Below are positions 10,630 to 20,511 of a stretch of DNA of 64,000 nt, piece after piece. Numbering within the stretch: position 1 is the stretch's first letter; every line of letters starts with the position of its first letter. The translations under genes and the position numbers were made by a program. The notes under the pieces are model-generated. The model made no database searches. It saw only the letters and a list, made by a program, of their open reading frames with translations, and was not told the DNA's origin. The stretch lies in the IMG/VR virus record IMGVR_UViG_3300027541_000009, positions 62,001 to 126,000 of that record, one strand, 5' to 3'.

Positions 10630-11856
10630 ATGTCTCGTGGTAAAAACTTACAAGAAATGGAAGTAGGCACTAAGCAATCCAAAACTGCTGTCAATGCTGG
10701 TGCAAAGGCAGGAGACCCAATGGCAAAGTTAACTACAGGTATTCCTGATGGTCAAACAGCTGGATGGGAAGATTTGGGAGGTCCTACCCCAGAAAATAGT
10801 CGTCCTGATGATGATAGTAATAAATTGAAAGATCCTGCTGCAATCCTTCAGCAAGTAAGAGACGTAGTAAATCGTGGTGCTAAAGCAGCCGATCCTATGA
10901 AACATCTTGCAAAAGGTGCAGTTAAAGAAGAGGAAGAATTAGATGATGAAGATCTGATCGATGAAGACTTGGAAGACGAAGTAGTTGAAGAAGCTGCAGA
11001 GTCTGAAGATGAAGAAAAATCTTCTAAGAAAAAGTCTAAGAAAAAAGACGAAGAAGAAGATGAGGATGAAGAGGACGAGGATGAAGAAGACGAGTCCATG
11101 AAGGAGCAAATCGAAGAAATCGAGACTCAGATTGAAGAAGATGTAGAGGCACTCCTTTCAGGTGAAGAACTTTCCGAAGAATTTAAATTCAAGGCAAAGA
11201 CTGTTTTTGAAGCAGCACTAAATGCCAGAACTGAGCAAATTGAAGAAGCAATCGTACAAAAGTACGAACAGCAACTTTCAGAAGAAGTTGAAGCAATTGC
11301 TGAATCTTTAACTGAAAGAGTAGATTCCTATCTTGAGTATGTTGCTCAAGAATGGTTGGAAGAGAATGCAATTGCTCTAGAGCAAGGTCTCAGAGCAGAA
11401 ATGACAGAGAGCTTCCTCAATAATCTCAAGCAACTTTTTGAAGATCATTATGTAACTATCCCTGAAGAAAGATATGATGTACTTGAGAGCATGGTAGAAA
11501 AACTTGATGATATGGAGACTAAACTCAACGAGCAAATTGAAAGAAATATTGCTCTAAACAAAAGACTAGCAGAGTCAGTTACCGATGTAATCTTTGGTGA
11601 AGTTTCTGAGGGTCTTGCACTTTCTCAGAAAGATAAGCTTGCTTCTCTTGCGGAAAATGTTGAGTTTGATGGTGAGGAAGAATATCGTGAGAAACTAGTA
11701 ACATTGAGGGAATCTTATTTCCCATCTACTACTGGTACTCCAAGAAACACCCAAGATTATCTAGTAGAAGAAACTACTGAGACTATGCAATATCAGTCAA
11801 CCAGTAGAACTATGGATGCATACTTAAATGCACTTGGAAAGGTTTCTAGAAAGTGA
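10630..11856 (+). CDS. gp22: Prohead scaffold protein gp22
   Basis: Acidic coiled coil with LSEEFKFKAKTVFEAA and VDSYLEYVAQEW; lies between gp21 and gp23. Confidence 0.92.
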   Translation: MSRGKNLQEMEVGTKQSKTAVNAGAKAGDPMAKLTTGIPDGQTAGWEDLGGPTPENSRPDDDSNKLKDPAAILQQVRDVVNRGAKAADPMKHLAKGAVKEEEELDDEDLIDEDLEDEVVEEAAESEDEEKSSKKKSKKKDEEEDEDEEDEDEEDESMKEQIEEIETQIEEDVEALLSGEELSEEFKFKAKTVFEAALNARTEQIEEAIVQKYEQQLSEEVEAIAESLTERVDSYLEYVAQEWLEENAIALEQGLRAEMTESFLNNLKQLFEDHYVTIPEERYDVLESMVEKLDDMETKLNEQIERNIALNKRLAESVTDVIFGEVSEGLALSQKDKLASLAENVEFDGEEEYREKLVTLRESYFPSTTGTPRNTQDYLVEETTETMQYQSTSRTMDAYLNALGKVSRK

Positions 11857-11910
11857 ATTTTAGATAATAAAAATCAAACAAAAAACAATTTTACACAGAG
11901 GTAAATTCAA

Positions 11911-13320
11911 ATGCAAATGTTCAATGCAGAACAGCTGCAGGAAAAGTGGGCACCACTCCTTGACTACAATGGTCTTAATGAAATCAAAGATCCACATCGT
12001 AGAGCGGTAACTGCTATCCTGTTAGAGAACCAAGAAAAAGCTCTTAGAGAAGAGAGAGAATTTCTTACAGAAGCAACCCCAACCATGAACACTGATCCCG
12101 CAGGATCAGGTGCAGCAGGTTTCAGCTACGGTGCTTCCGCAGCAGGTCCAGTAGCAGGTTTCGACCCAGTTCTGATCTCACTGATCAGACGTTCAATGCC
12201 TAACCTTGTTGCATATGACCTAGCAGGTGTTCAACCAATGAACGGTCCTGTAAGTCTCATTTTCGCAATGAGATCACGTTATACCAACCCACAAGGTAAT
12301 GAAACATTCTACAATGAAGTAGATACCACCTTCTCTGGTCAGAATGCTGGCAGAAACAATGACAATGGTTGGACTAACGGTAACGTTGGTTTCGGAACCA
12401 CTGCACAGGTTGGTTCAAACCCAGGTCTTCTCAACCCAACTTCTGCACCTCTCGGTGAGTACAATGTTGGTCAGGCAATGAGCACTTCTGAGGCAGAAAG
12501 TCTCGGTAATGATCTCAATGATGCTGGCACCTTCTTCAACGAGATGGCACTTAGCATCGAGCGTGTATCCGTTACTGCTAAGTCTCGTGCTCTGAAAGCA
12601 GAATACAGTCTTGAGCTTGCTCAGGATCTGAAGGCAATTCACGGTCTGAATGCTGAGGCTGAACTTGCAAACATTCTCTCAACTGAGATTCTTGCTGAGA
12701 TCAACCGTGAAGTTATTCGTACCATCTACATGATTGCAGAACCTGGTGCACAAAATAACGTTGCAACTCCTGGTATCTTTGACCTTGATGTTGACTCCAA
12801 CGGTCGTTGGTCAGTTGAGAAGTTCAAAGGTCTTATTTTCCAAATGGAAAGAGATGCCAACCTGATTGCACAAAGAACTCGTAGAGGTAAGGGGAACATG
12901 ATTCTCTGCTCTGCAGACGTTGCTTCAGCACTGTCTCACGCAGGAATCCTGGATTACACCCCAGCACTCAACGCAAACCTCCAGGTAGATGACACCGGTA
13001 ATACTTTTGCAGGTGTTCTCCAAGGTAAGTATAAGGTTTATATCGACCCATATTCTGCAAACAATAGCAACACCCAGTTCTATGTTGCTGGTTACAAGGG
13101 AACCTCACCTTACGATGCAGGTCTCTTCTATTGCCCATATGTTCCTCTCCAAATGGTTCGTGCCGTTGGTGAGCAGTCCTTCCAACCAAAAATTGGATTT
13201 AAGACTCGTTATGGCATGGTTGCTAACCCATTTGCTGAAGGTCTTAACCAAGGTCTTGGAAGACTCCAGAGAAACTCCAACACCTACTACAAGAGAACTC
13301 TTGTTAAGAACCTCATGTGA
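11911..13320 (+). CDS. gp23: Major capsid protein gp23
   Basis: GVQPMNGP, VTAKSRALKAEYSLELAQDLKAIHG and QPKIGFKTRYG motifs. Confidence 0.98.
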   Translation: MQMFNAEQLQEKWAPLLDYNGLNEIKDPHRRAVTAILLENQEKALREEREFLTEATPTMNTDPAGSGAAGFSYGASAAGPVAGFDPVLISLIRRSMPNLVAYDLAGVQPMNGPVSLIFAMRSRYTNPQGNETFYNEVDTTFSGQNAGRNNDNGWTNGNVGFGTTAQVGSNPGLLNPTSAPLGEYNVGQAMSTSEAESLGNDLNDAGTFFNEMALSIERVSVTAKSRALKAEYSLELAQDLKAIHGLNAEAELANILSTEILAEINREVIRTIYMIAEPGAQNNVATPGIFDLDVDSNGRWSVEKFKGLIFQMERDANLIAQRTRRGKGNMILCSADVASALSHAGILDYTPALNANLQVDDTGNTFAGVLQGKYKVYIDPYSANNSNTQFYVAGYKGTSPYDAGLFYCPYVPLQMVRAVGEQSFQPKIGFKTRYGMVANPFAEGLNQGLGRLQRNSNTYYKRTLVKNLM

Positions 13321-13341
13321 TCCATTCACATTAAGTTCACT

Positions 13342-13365
13342 GGACCCCTCAGGGGGTCCTTTTTT
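13342..13365 (+). terminator. Intrinsic terminator after gp23
   Basis: GGACCCC-TCAG-GGGGTCC followed by T6. Confidence 0.9.
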
Positions 13366-13405
13366 ATTGGAAATAAATATATTGTATGAATATTTTTTCA
13401 ATAAA

Positions 13406-13954
13406 ATGTCACAAAATCCTTGGAAAAATCAAATCAATAATAAAAGTTTTTTATCTCCAACGGGATTTAAATTTTCTTTAGTTAAAAAACCAAAAATTGA
13501 TTTTTTTTGTAATGAAATTTCAATTCCTGGTATTAATTTGGGAGTTGCAGTCCAGTCATCATATTTAAAACAAATTCCAGTTCCTGGTGATGTATTAACT
13601 TATGATGATTTAACTCTTCGTTTTAATGTAGATGAAGATATGGAAAATTATCTTGAAGTTTATAATTGGTTAATTCAATTTGGTTTCCCAAGTAGTCTAG
13701 AGCAATATCAACAACTTCTAAATGAAGACGAGAATAGCAAAGGCAAGCAAACTGCTATTTCAGGTATGTCAGATGGAAGTTTAGTAATTTATAATAGTAA
13801 CTACAATCCTAATATAAGAATTGATTTTAAAGATTTATTTCCAGTATCTCTTAGCACGATACAATTTAATTCACAAGTAAATGATATCCAATACGTGACA
13901 GCACAAGCAACTTTCAAGTATACTATCTACAATATTGTCAAACTTAATTCATGA
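13406..13954 (+). CDS. gp3: Tail completion / sheath stabiliser gp3-like protein
   Basis: FLSPTGFKF, SIPGINLG and VDEDMENYLEVYNW motifs. The true start is ATG 13406; the ORF-track extension from 12989 is spurious overlap with gp23. Confidence 0.85.
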   Translation: MSQNPWKNQINNKSFLSPTGFKFSLVKKPKIDFFCNEISIPGINLGVAVQSSYLKQIPVPGDVLTYDDLTLRFNVDEDMENYLEVYNWLIQFGFPSSLEQYQQLLNEDENSKGKQTAISGMSDGSLVIYNSNYNPNIRIDFKDLFPVSLSTIQFNSQVNDIQYVTAQATFKYTIYNIVKLNS

Positions 13955-14379
13955 ATATCAATGAAATTGAAGATCTTTGGGAAAAAGATTCTCAAATAGA
14001 TCCCGATAATTTACATCTAGAAAGTATTAAAATTCCCAATCTACACTCCAAATATTATAAAATTTATAATAATATTTCACTTTTAAAAAAAATAGAAGAA
14101 AACAAGTACTTAGAAATTCAAAAAGAAAAATGGTTATATTACTCAGGAAAGGCAAGTCCTGAAGTGTACAAGGAAAACCCTTTCGATCATAGAGTAATTA
14201 AACAAGACCTAGATAAGTATATGAGTTCAGATCAAGATATTATAAAGTCTGCAACTAAAATAGATTATTATAATTTAATGTTAAAATATCTGGAAAGTAT
14301 TTTAAAAAATATTGAAAATAGAACTTTTGTAATTAAAAACAGTATTGAATGGTCTAAATTTACTGCAGGATATAGTTAA
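13951..14379 (+). CDS. uvsY: Recombination mediator UvsY
   Basis: IPNLHSKY, WLYYSGKA motifs; precedes uvsW. Confidence 0.88.
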   Translation: MNINEIEDLWEKDSQIDPDNLHLESIKIPNLHSKYYKIYNNISLLKKIEENKYLEIQKEKWLYYSGKASPEVYKENPFDHRVIKQDLDKYMSSDQDIIKSATKIDYYNLMLKYLESILKNIENRTFVIKNSIEWSKFTAGYS

Positions 14380-14380
14380 C

Positions 14381-15856
14381 ATGAAATCTGATGTTGTTAT
14401 TAAAAAGAAAAATGAAGTCTATCTAAAGTTAGAATGTGAACCTCACGTTTTATATGATCTATCCCCATATTTTGCATTTGAAGTTCCCAATGCAAAATTT
14501 ATGAGAGGTAATAAGTATAAAAATTGGAATGGTCAAATTCATCTACTAAACGTACACAGTAAAGAAATTTATGTAGGACTTTTAGATAAATTAATAGAAA
14601 AAATAAAATTACATGATTATACTTACGAATTTGAGAATAGTAAGTACTATGGACTTCCATATGAAGAGAACGAGATGATTTCATATGAAGGTGTTAAATC
14701 TTATATGAAAAAGATTATCTCGTCAAAATATGAACCTAGAGATTATCAAATTCAAGCAGTAACAGACGCATTAAAAAATAATAGGAAGTTATTAGTATCA
14801 CCAACTTCCTCTGGTAAATCTATGATGATTTATTCATTGGTAAGATACTATACTGAAAAAAATATGAAAACTTTATTGATTGTTCCTACTACTTCTTTAG
14901 TTGAACAAATGAGTAAAGATTTTGAAGACTATGGTTGGGACACTCAAAACTATGTGCATAAAATTTATGCAGGTCGTGCTAAAAATACAGATAAAAAAGT
15001 TACTATTTCGACATACCAAAGTTTATATGATTTGGAGAAATCTTATTTTGAAAATTTTGATGTAGTAATTGTAGATGAAGCACATACTGCAAAAAGTAAA
15101 TCTATAACAGATATTTTGCACAAAATGCATGGTGCTAAGTATCGTTTTGGATTTACTGGTACAACTAATCCAGAAAAAGTAAACATTTGGATTCTTGAAG
15201 GATTATTTGGTCCTGCATATAAAGTTATCCGTACTCAAGAATTGATGGATAAAGGAAATATTGCAAAACTTCAAATTAAAATTTTAATTCTTCAACATAA
15301 AGGTCAAAAATTTGAAACCTATGAAGATGAATTGCAATATTTAATTACACATGAAAAGAGAAATAATTTTATTAAAAATCTAGCATTAGATTTAAAAGGA
15401 AACACTTTGATTCTTTTTAGTAGAGTAGAAACCCACGGATCTGTTTTATTTGAATTAATAAATAATTCAGTCAAAGAAAATCAAAAAGTATTCTTTGTTT
15501 ATGGTGGTGTGGATACTGAACAAAGAGAAAAAATTAGAGAAATTACTGAACAAGAAAATAATGCAATTATCGTTGCATCTTATGGTGTATTCAGTACTGG
15601 AATATCAATAAAAAACTTACATAATTTAATTTTTGCAAGTCCAACTAAATCTAAAATTAGAAATCTCCAAAGCATTGGAAGGATTTTAAGAAAATCAAAT
15701 ACTAAAAATAAAGCAGTTTTGTATGATATTGCTGATGATATCACTTATCAGTCTAAAAAAAATTATACCTTAAATCATCTTATTGAAAGAATCAAAACCT
15801 ATAATGAAGAAAATTTTGTTTATGAATTACATAAAATTAATTTTAAGGAAAAATGA
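14381..15856 (+). CDS. uvsW: SF2 helicase UvsW
   Basis: PRDYQ, SPTSSGKS, DEAH and LQSIGRILR helicase motifs; start set at ATG 14381. Confidence 0.94.
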   Translation: MKSDVVIKKKNEVYLKLECEPHVLYDLSPYFAFEVPNAKFMRGNKYKNWNGQIHLLNVHSKEIYVGLLDKLIEKIKLHDYTYEFENSKYYGLPYEENEMISYEGVKSYMKKIISSKYEPRDYQIQAVTDALKNNRKLLVSPTSSGKSMMIYSLVRYYTEKNMKTLLIVPTTSLVEQMSKDFEDYGWDTQNYVHKIYAGRAKNTDKKVTISTYQSLYDLEKSYFENFDVVIVDEAHTAKSKSITDILHKMHGAKYRFGFTGTTNPEKVNIWILEGLFGPAYKVIRTQELMDKGNIAKLQIKILILQHKGQKFETYEDELQYLITHEKRNNFIKNLALDLKGNTLILFSRVETHGSVLFELINNSVKENQKVFFVYGGVDTEQREKIREITEQENNAIIVASYGVFSTGISIKNLHNLIFASPTKSKIRNLQSIGRILRKSNTKNKAVLYDIADDITYQSKKNYTLNHLIERIKTYNEENFVYELHKINFKEK

Positions 15857-16266
15857 AAGAAGAAGAATTTTATGCAATTATTAAATTAGTATCTGGTGAA
15901 GAAATCTTATCAAAGGTATGTCCTTTTGATGAAAATGATGATACAATGGTTGTGTTAGACAACCCTGTATTCATTGAAACTGCTTTTGTACCTAAACTCG
16001 GTGTTCCCATTGCTAAAATAAATCCTTGGTTAAGACTTTCTGAGGATACTATGTTTATAATGAGTTTAGATAAAATTATAACAATGACTGAATGTAAGGA
16101 TGTATCTTTAATTAAGATACATCAACGTTATGTTAGAGAACAAAATAAAGAAACTAATCTAACAACATTAACTCCTAATATGGGATATGTTTCTTCTATT
16201 TCAGATGCTAGGGTTTCCCTAGAGAAACTTTATAACTCGGAGACTTCAAACAGTAAATTCGAATGA
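15853..16266 (+). CDS. Conserved T4-like hypothetical protein
   Basis: FYAIIKLVSGEEI N-terminus; overlaps the uvsW stop. Confidence 0.75.
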   Translation: MKEEEFYAIIKLVSGEEILSKVCPFDENDDTMVVLDNPVFIETAFVPKLGVPIAKINPWLRLSEDTMFIMSLDKIITMTECKDVSLIKIHQRYVREQNKETNLTTLTPNMGYVSSISDARVSLEKLYNSETSNSKFE

Positions 16267-16323
16267 TTTCCTAGAGTATCTTATAGTATTATTAATATAG
16301 TATTTTCCAAACTCAACAGAGTA

Positions 16324-16352
16324 ATTATACCGGTATTCAGGTATAGTGTCAA
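16324..16352 (-). promoter_or_regulatory. Perfect sigma70-type promoter on the antisense strand
   Basis: Reverse complement reads TTGACA-ctatacctgaataccgg (17 nt)-TATAAT. Confidence 0.75.
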
Positions 16353-16355
16353 GGG

Positions 16356-16363
16356 TATAAATA
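16356..16363 (+). promoter_or_regulatory. T4-type late promoter upstream of gp55
   Basis: TATAAATA within GGGTAT-AA-ATACCC. Confidence 0.55.
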
Positions 16364-16430
16364 CCCATATTTTAAAAAATTGACTTATTAATTATTTTGA
16401 GATTAAAATCATAAAAAAATAAAATACAAC

Positions 16431-16910
16431 ATGTTAAATCAGGTTATGAATAAAAAACAAAAAAATGTCCACTATGTAAACAATAAAGATTTCCATGATG
16501 CACTCATTGCTTACAAAAGGAAGGTAGACATTGCTAAAGAAAATGGACAACCGAAACCAAGAATACCAAATTATCTTGGAGATTGCTTTTTAAAAATTGC
16601 AACCCACCTTTCATATCGTCCAAATTTCGTAAATTATATGTATCGTGATGATATGATTTCAGATGGAGTTGAAAATTGTGTTCAATATATTCATAATTTT
16701 GACGTAACTCGTAGTAATCCTTTTGCATATTTTACTCAAATAGTTTACTACGCATTTCTTCGTAGGATTGGTAGAGAAAAGAAGCAAGTGGAAATAAAAG
16801 AAAAAATTCTAGAAAGAACTTCTTTTGATGAAGTTTTCACAGCAGATGAACATTACAGCAGTTCAGATTATAATTCTATTAAAGATGCTGTTTATTCTAA
16901 GTATTATTGA
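16431..16910 (+). CDS. gp55: Late transcription sigma factor gp55
   Basis: HYVNNKDF, LSYRPNFVNY and NPFAYFTQIVYYAFLRRI motifs. Confidence 0.95.
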   Translation: MLNQVMNKKQKNVHYVNNKDFHDALIAYKRKVDIAKENGQPKPRIPNYLGDCFLKIATHLSYRPNFVNYMYRDDMISDGVENCVQYIHNFDVTRSNPFAYFTQIVYYAFLRRIGREKKQVEIKEKILERTSFDEVFTADEHYSSSDYNSIKDAVYSKYY

Positions 16911-16933
16911 TTTTGATTTAATTTATAAAAATA

Positions 16934-17983
16934 ATGAAAGTAGCAGTAATTACGGACACTCACTTTTGCTTTAAAAAATCTAGCAAAGTATATCATGATT
17001 ATTTTGAACGATTTTATAGTAATGTGTTTTTCCCTACTCTAGAAGACCGTAAGATCACCCATGTCATTCATATGGGGGATGCTTTTGATAATCGTAGAGG
17101 AGTCGATTACTGGGGACTAGAGTGGGCACAGAGAGTAGTTTATAATAAATTTAGAGACTTAAGTATTGAAGTCTATCAAATCATGGGAAATCATGATGCA
17201 TACCACAAGAATACTAACACTATAAATTCAGTTGAAACTCTTTTGTATCATTATGATAATATAATTCCAATAACAGATCCTAAAGAATATAATATTGGTG
17301 GACTGGACTGTTTGATGCTTCCATGGATTTGTAAAGATAATGAGCAGAGAACATTTGAACTAATTCAAAATACAAAAGCAAAAGTTGTTTTTGGTCATTT
17401 GGAACTTCAAGGATTTTCCTTATTCCCAGGACACCCTCAAACTCATGGTATGAGTGTGGAAAAATTTGAAAAATTTGATAGAGTATATTCTGGTCATTAT
17501 CATACTCGCAGTAACGATGGAAAAATATTTTATCTGGGAAATCCATATCAGATGTTCTGGTCAGATGTGAATGATAAAAGAGGATTTAGTATTTTTGATA
17601 CAGAAACTTATGAGATAGAATTTATAGAAAATCCATATTACATGTATGAAAAAATCTATTATTCTGATCTTGATTATAAAAAATTTGACTTTTCTACTTT
17701 AGAAAATAAAAATGTAAAAGTTTTAGTGCAACAAAGAACTAATCAACTTCAATATGAAAAATTCATTTCAGAAATTTTAAAAAGAAATATTGTAGATCTT
17801 AAAATATCTGAAACTGTTGATTTGGAATCTGAACGTGTGGATATCATCAATATTGATTCCGAGGATACTTTGAGTATTCTTAATAAATATATCGAAGATG
17901 CAGATTTTAACTTAAACAAAAATAAAGTTAAAAAAATATTGCAAGATGTTTATAAAGAGGCAATAGAATTAGAAATCGCATAA
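16934..17983 (+). CDS. gp47: Recombination endonuclease gp47 (Mre11/SbcD-like)
   Basis: Metallophosphoesterase motifs DTH, GD, GNHD, GHLE and GHYH. Confidence 0.93.
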   Translation: MKVAVITDTHFCFKKSSKVYHDYFERFYSNVFFPTLEDRKITHVIHMGDAFDNRRGVDYWGLEWAQRVVYNKFRDLSIEVYQIMGNHDAYHKNTNTINSVETLLYHYDNIIPITDPKEYNIGGLDCLMLPWICKDNEQRTFELIQNTKAKVVFGHLELQGFSLFPGHPQTHGMSVEKFEKFDRVYSGHYHTRSNDGKIFYLGNPYQMFWSDVNDKRGFSIFDTETYEIEFIENPYYMYEKIYYSDLDYKKFDFSTLENKNVKVLVQQRTNQLQYEKFISEILKRNIVDLKISETVDLESERVDIINIDSEDTLSILNKYIEDADFNLNKNKVKKILQDVYKEAIELEIA

Positions 17984-18022
17984 TATTTTTCATATGCACT
18001 TTTACAGATGGGGAACTAATGC

Positions 18023-18307
18023 ATGTATATAATTACAATTAGTGGTAAAAAGGATGAAGGTGCATATGCAGTAATTGATGAACATGGTGACAAAACCTTG
18101 TGTTTTTTTGAAGAAGAAGATGATGCAATTAGATATGCTGGATTATTGGAAGCAGATGATTATCCTGAAATGGAAGTAATAGAAGTAGAGGATGAACTTG
18201 CAATAAAGACGTGTGAAATGTATAATTACCACTACGTGGTTGTAAAACCTGATGATTTCGTGATCCCCCCAAAAGAAGATGCTCTGTATTCAGAAAATAA
18301 AATATAA
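18023..18307 (+). CDS. Conserved cyanophage-type hypothetical protein
   Basis: EGAYAV...FEEEDDAIRYAGLLE...DDFVIPP; lies between gp47 and gp46. Confidence 0.75.
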   Translation: MYIITISGKKDEGAYAVIDEHGDKTLCFFEEEDDAIRYAGLLEADDYPEMEVIEVEDELAIKTCEMYNYHYVVVKPDDFVIPPKEDALYSENKI

Positions 18308-19994
18308 AAACTTTTTAAGTACTGGAAATCAATTTACTGAAATATGTTTTACTGACACAAAAACTACATTAATAGTAGGAAAAAATGGAGAGGGTAAGAC
18401 TACACTACACTCTGCTTTAGTATTTGGTCTGTACGGTAAATCTAATAGAAACACAACAAAAAAACTATTGGTCAATAGTAGAAATAAAAAAGATTGTGTA
18501 GTCGAAGTTTATTTTTCAAACGAGGGTAAAGACTACAAAATTGTAAGAGGAATTTCTCCAAATATTTTTGAAATTTGGATAAATGGTAATTTGCAAGAAG
18601 AACTTTCTGCAGTGAAAGATCAACAAAAATATTTGGAACAAGTAATTCTAAAAATGAGTTACAAAACTTTCATGCAGGTTGTTGTTCTTGGGAGTAGTAA
18701 TTTTATACCATTTATGCAATTGTCTTCTTCTGATCGTAGAGATTTAGTGGAAGAATTATTGGACATTAAAATCTTTTCTTCAATGAACATTGTATTAAAA
18801 GATAAAATTAAAGGTTTGGAAAGAAAGTCTAAAGAAATAGATTCAAATATTTCATCAATCAAAGACAAAATTGAAATGCAAAAAGTCTTTATTGAAACAC
18901 TTAAAAATAACAGTAAAGATATTATCACTAAACATAAAAATAAGATTGGTGAGTTGGATTTCCAAGTGCAGGAATTGATTAAATTGAATGATGAATATTT
19001 AAAATCTATTGAAATTGAGCAAGAAAAATTAAATTCAATTTCTTTTTCATCTAAAAAATTAAAACAATTATCTGGAATACGTGGTAAATTAGAAACTAAA
19101 AAATCTATTTTTGAAGAAGAGAAAGATTTTTTTAACGAAAATGAAATTTGCCCAACTTGTAAGACACACTTACAAGTTGATTTTAGAGAAGAAAAAGTAA
19201 AAGAAATCGACATTCAACTTCAAAAAATAGAAGAAGGATTTATCGAATTGCAAGATGCTATTTTGGAAGAAGAGAATAGAGAAAGTATAGTTAAAAATAT
19301 AACCAAAGACATCAGTAACATAACATCAAATATTACTGTCAACAATTCTACAATAAAACAATATAATAAACAGAAGTTAGAACTTGAAAAAGAAATTGAG
19401 AATCTTCTTAGCAAAAATAAAAATGAAAGCAAAGAAGTAAAAATTTTAAGAGATATGATGAAAGAAGAAGATAAGTTGGATAAAGTAAAGTCTCAATGTA
19501 ATGAAGCACTTCATTACTTTGAATTTGCACATCTTCTTATGAAAGATGGTGGAATAAAATCCAAAATAATTCAAAAATATTTGCCAATAATAAATCAGCA
19601 AATAAACAGATATCTCCAAATGATGGATTTGTTTATTAATTTTTCTTTAGATGAAGAATTTAAAGAAAGTGTTAATACACCAGTCCATGAAGATTTTTCT
19701 TATGGATCTTTTAGTGAGGGTGAAAAACAAAGAATATCCTTATCCATTTTATTTGCATGGAGAGAGGTTGCTAGAATGAAGAATTCGGTAAATTGCAATT
19801 TACTTTTCCTAGATGAAATTTTTGATAGTTCGTTGGATACTGAAGGAACAGAATACTTACTTAAAATAATTAAATACGCAATTCAAGATTCTAATATTTT
19901 TATAATTTCTCATAGAATCGATGACCTTACAGATAAATTTGAAAGGGTATTAGAGGTAAAAAAAGTTAATGGATTCTCCAAATTTTTCTCTTGA
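18279..19994 (+). CDS. gp46: Recombination ATPase gp46 (Rad50/SbcC-like)
   Basis: GKNGEGKT Walker A, CPTC zinc hook, FSEGEK signature, LFLDEIFD. Confidence 0.95.
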   Translation: MLCIQKIKYKNFLSTGNQFTEICFTDTKTTLIVGKNGEGKTTLHSALVFGLYGKSNRNTTKKLLVNSRNKKDCVVEVYFSNEGKDYKIVRGISPNIFEIWINGNLQEELSAVKDQQKYLEQVILKMSYKTFMQVVVLGSSNFIPFMQLSSSDRRDLVEELLDIKIFSSMNIVLKDKIKGLERKSKEIDSNISSIKDKIEMQKVFIETLKNNSKDIITKHKNKIGELDFQVQELIKLNDEYLKSIEIEQEKLNSISFSSKKLKQLSGIRGKLETKKSIFEEEKDFFNENEICPTCKTHLQVDFREEKVKEIDIQLQKIEEGFIELQDAILEEENRESIVKNITKDISNITSNITVNNSTIKQYNKQKLELEKEIENLLSKNKNESKEVKILRDMMKEEDKLDKVKSQCNEALHYFEFAHLLMKDGGIKSKIIQKYLPIINQQINRYLQMMDLFINFSLDEEFKESVNTPVHEDFSYGSFSEGEKQRISLSILFAWREVARMKNSVNCNLLFLDEIFDSSLDTEGTEYLLKIIKYAIQDSNIFIISHRIDDLTDKFERVLEVKKVNGFSKFFS

Positions 19995-20019
19995 CTTTTA
20001 ACCCGAAACTTACTATACT
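19991..20019 (+). promoter_or_regulatory. Sigma70-like early promoter
   Basis: TTGACT-17 nt-TATACT. Confidence 0.55.
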
Positions 20020-20040
20020 TTATTCTTGATAAAAGCAATT

Positions 20041-20511
20041 ATGGAAAACTTTGACATGATCAATGATTACATTGGAATTTCATCTTCTTTACCTTCACCT
20101 TATGCGGATACTACAATTTTAGGAGGGGAAGACTATTTGAGTTTTAATTCTAATTCTTACAATTCAGATTATATTACATTTAATACAATGTCAGGTTCTA
20201 GTGCTGGAAGTCCTATGACTAATGAAAATGCAAATGGTTTTTGGAAATATAATGAAGATAAAATTATAAAGCAACTAGAAGAATATATTAAAGGTACATA
20301 TCGACAGCATTATGTAGATCGAACTGGTGGTGGAAATGAACAAACACTAGACAAGATCAAACACAATCGTCGTGAAGGGTTTTGTGCTGGTAATGTAACT
20401 AAGTATATTGATCGTTACGATACCAAAGGAACTCCTCGTGCAGATCTCTTTAAAGTACTGCATTACACTATTCTCCTGATCAATCATCTTAACCTTATTG
20501 AAAACAAGTGA
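20041..20511 (+). CDS. Hypothetical protein upstream of the sliding clamp
   Basis: WKYNEDKI...TYRQHY...GFCAGNVTKYIDRY...DLFKVLHY pattern of a conserved phage family (DUF3310-like by recollection). Confidence 0.7.
   Translation: MENFDMINDYIGISSSLPSPYADTTILGGEDYLSFNSNSYNSDYITFNTMSGSSAGSPMTNENANGFWKYNEDKIIKQLEEYIKGTYRQHYVDRTGGGNEQTLDKIKHNRREGFCAGNVTKYIDRYDTKGTPRADLFKVLHYTILLINHLNLIENK

Noticed and set aside
10848-11099. Poly-Ser minus-strand ORF and GAA/GAT-rich repeat-like tract
   Set aside because: This is the antisense shadow of the acidic, low-complexity region of scaffold gp22; it is not a tandem repeat or a gene.
12989-13405. N-terminal extension of the 321 aa ORF overlapping gp23
   Set aside because: It is an alternative frame of gp23 that crosses a strong terminator; the gp3-like protein starts at ATG 13406.
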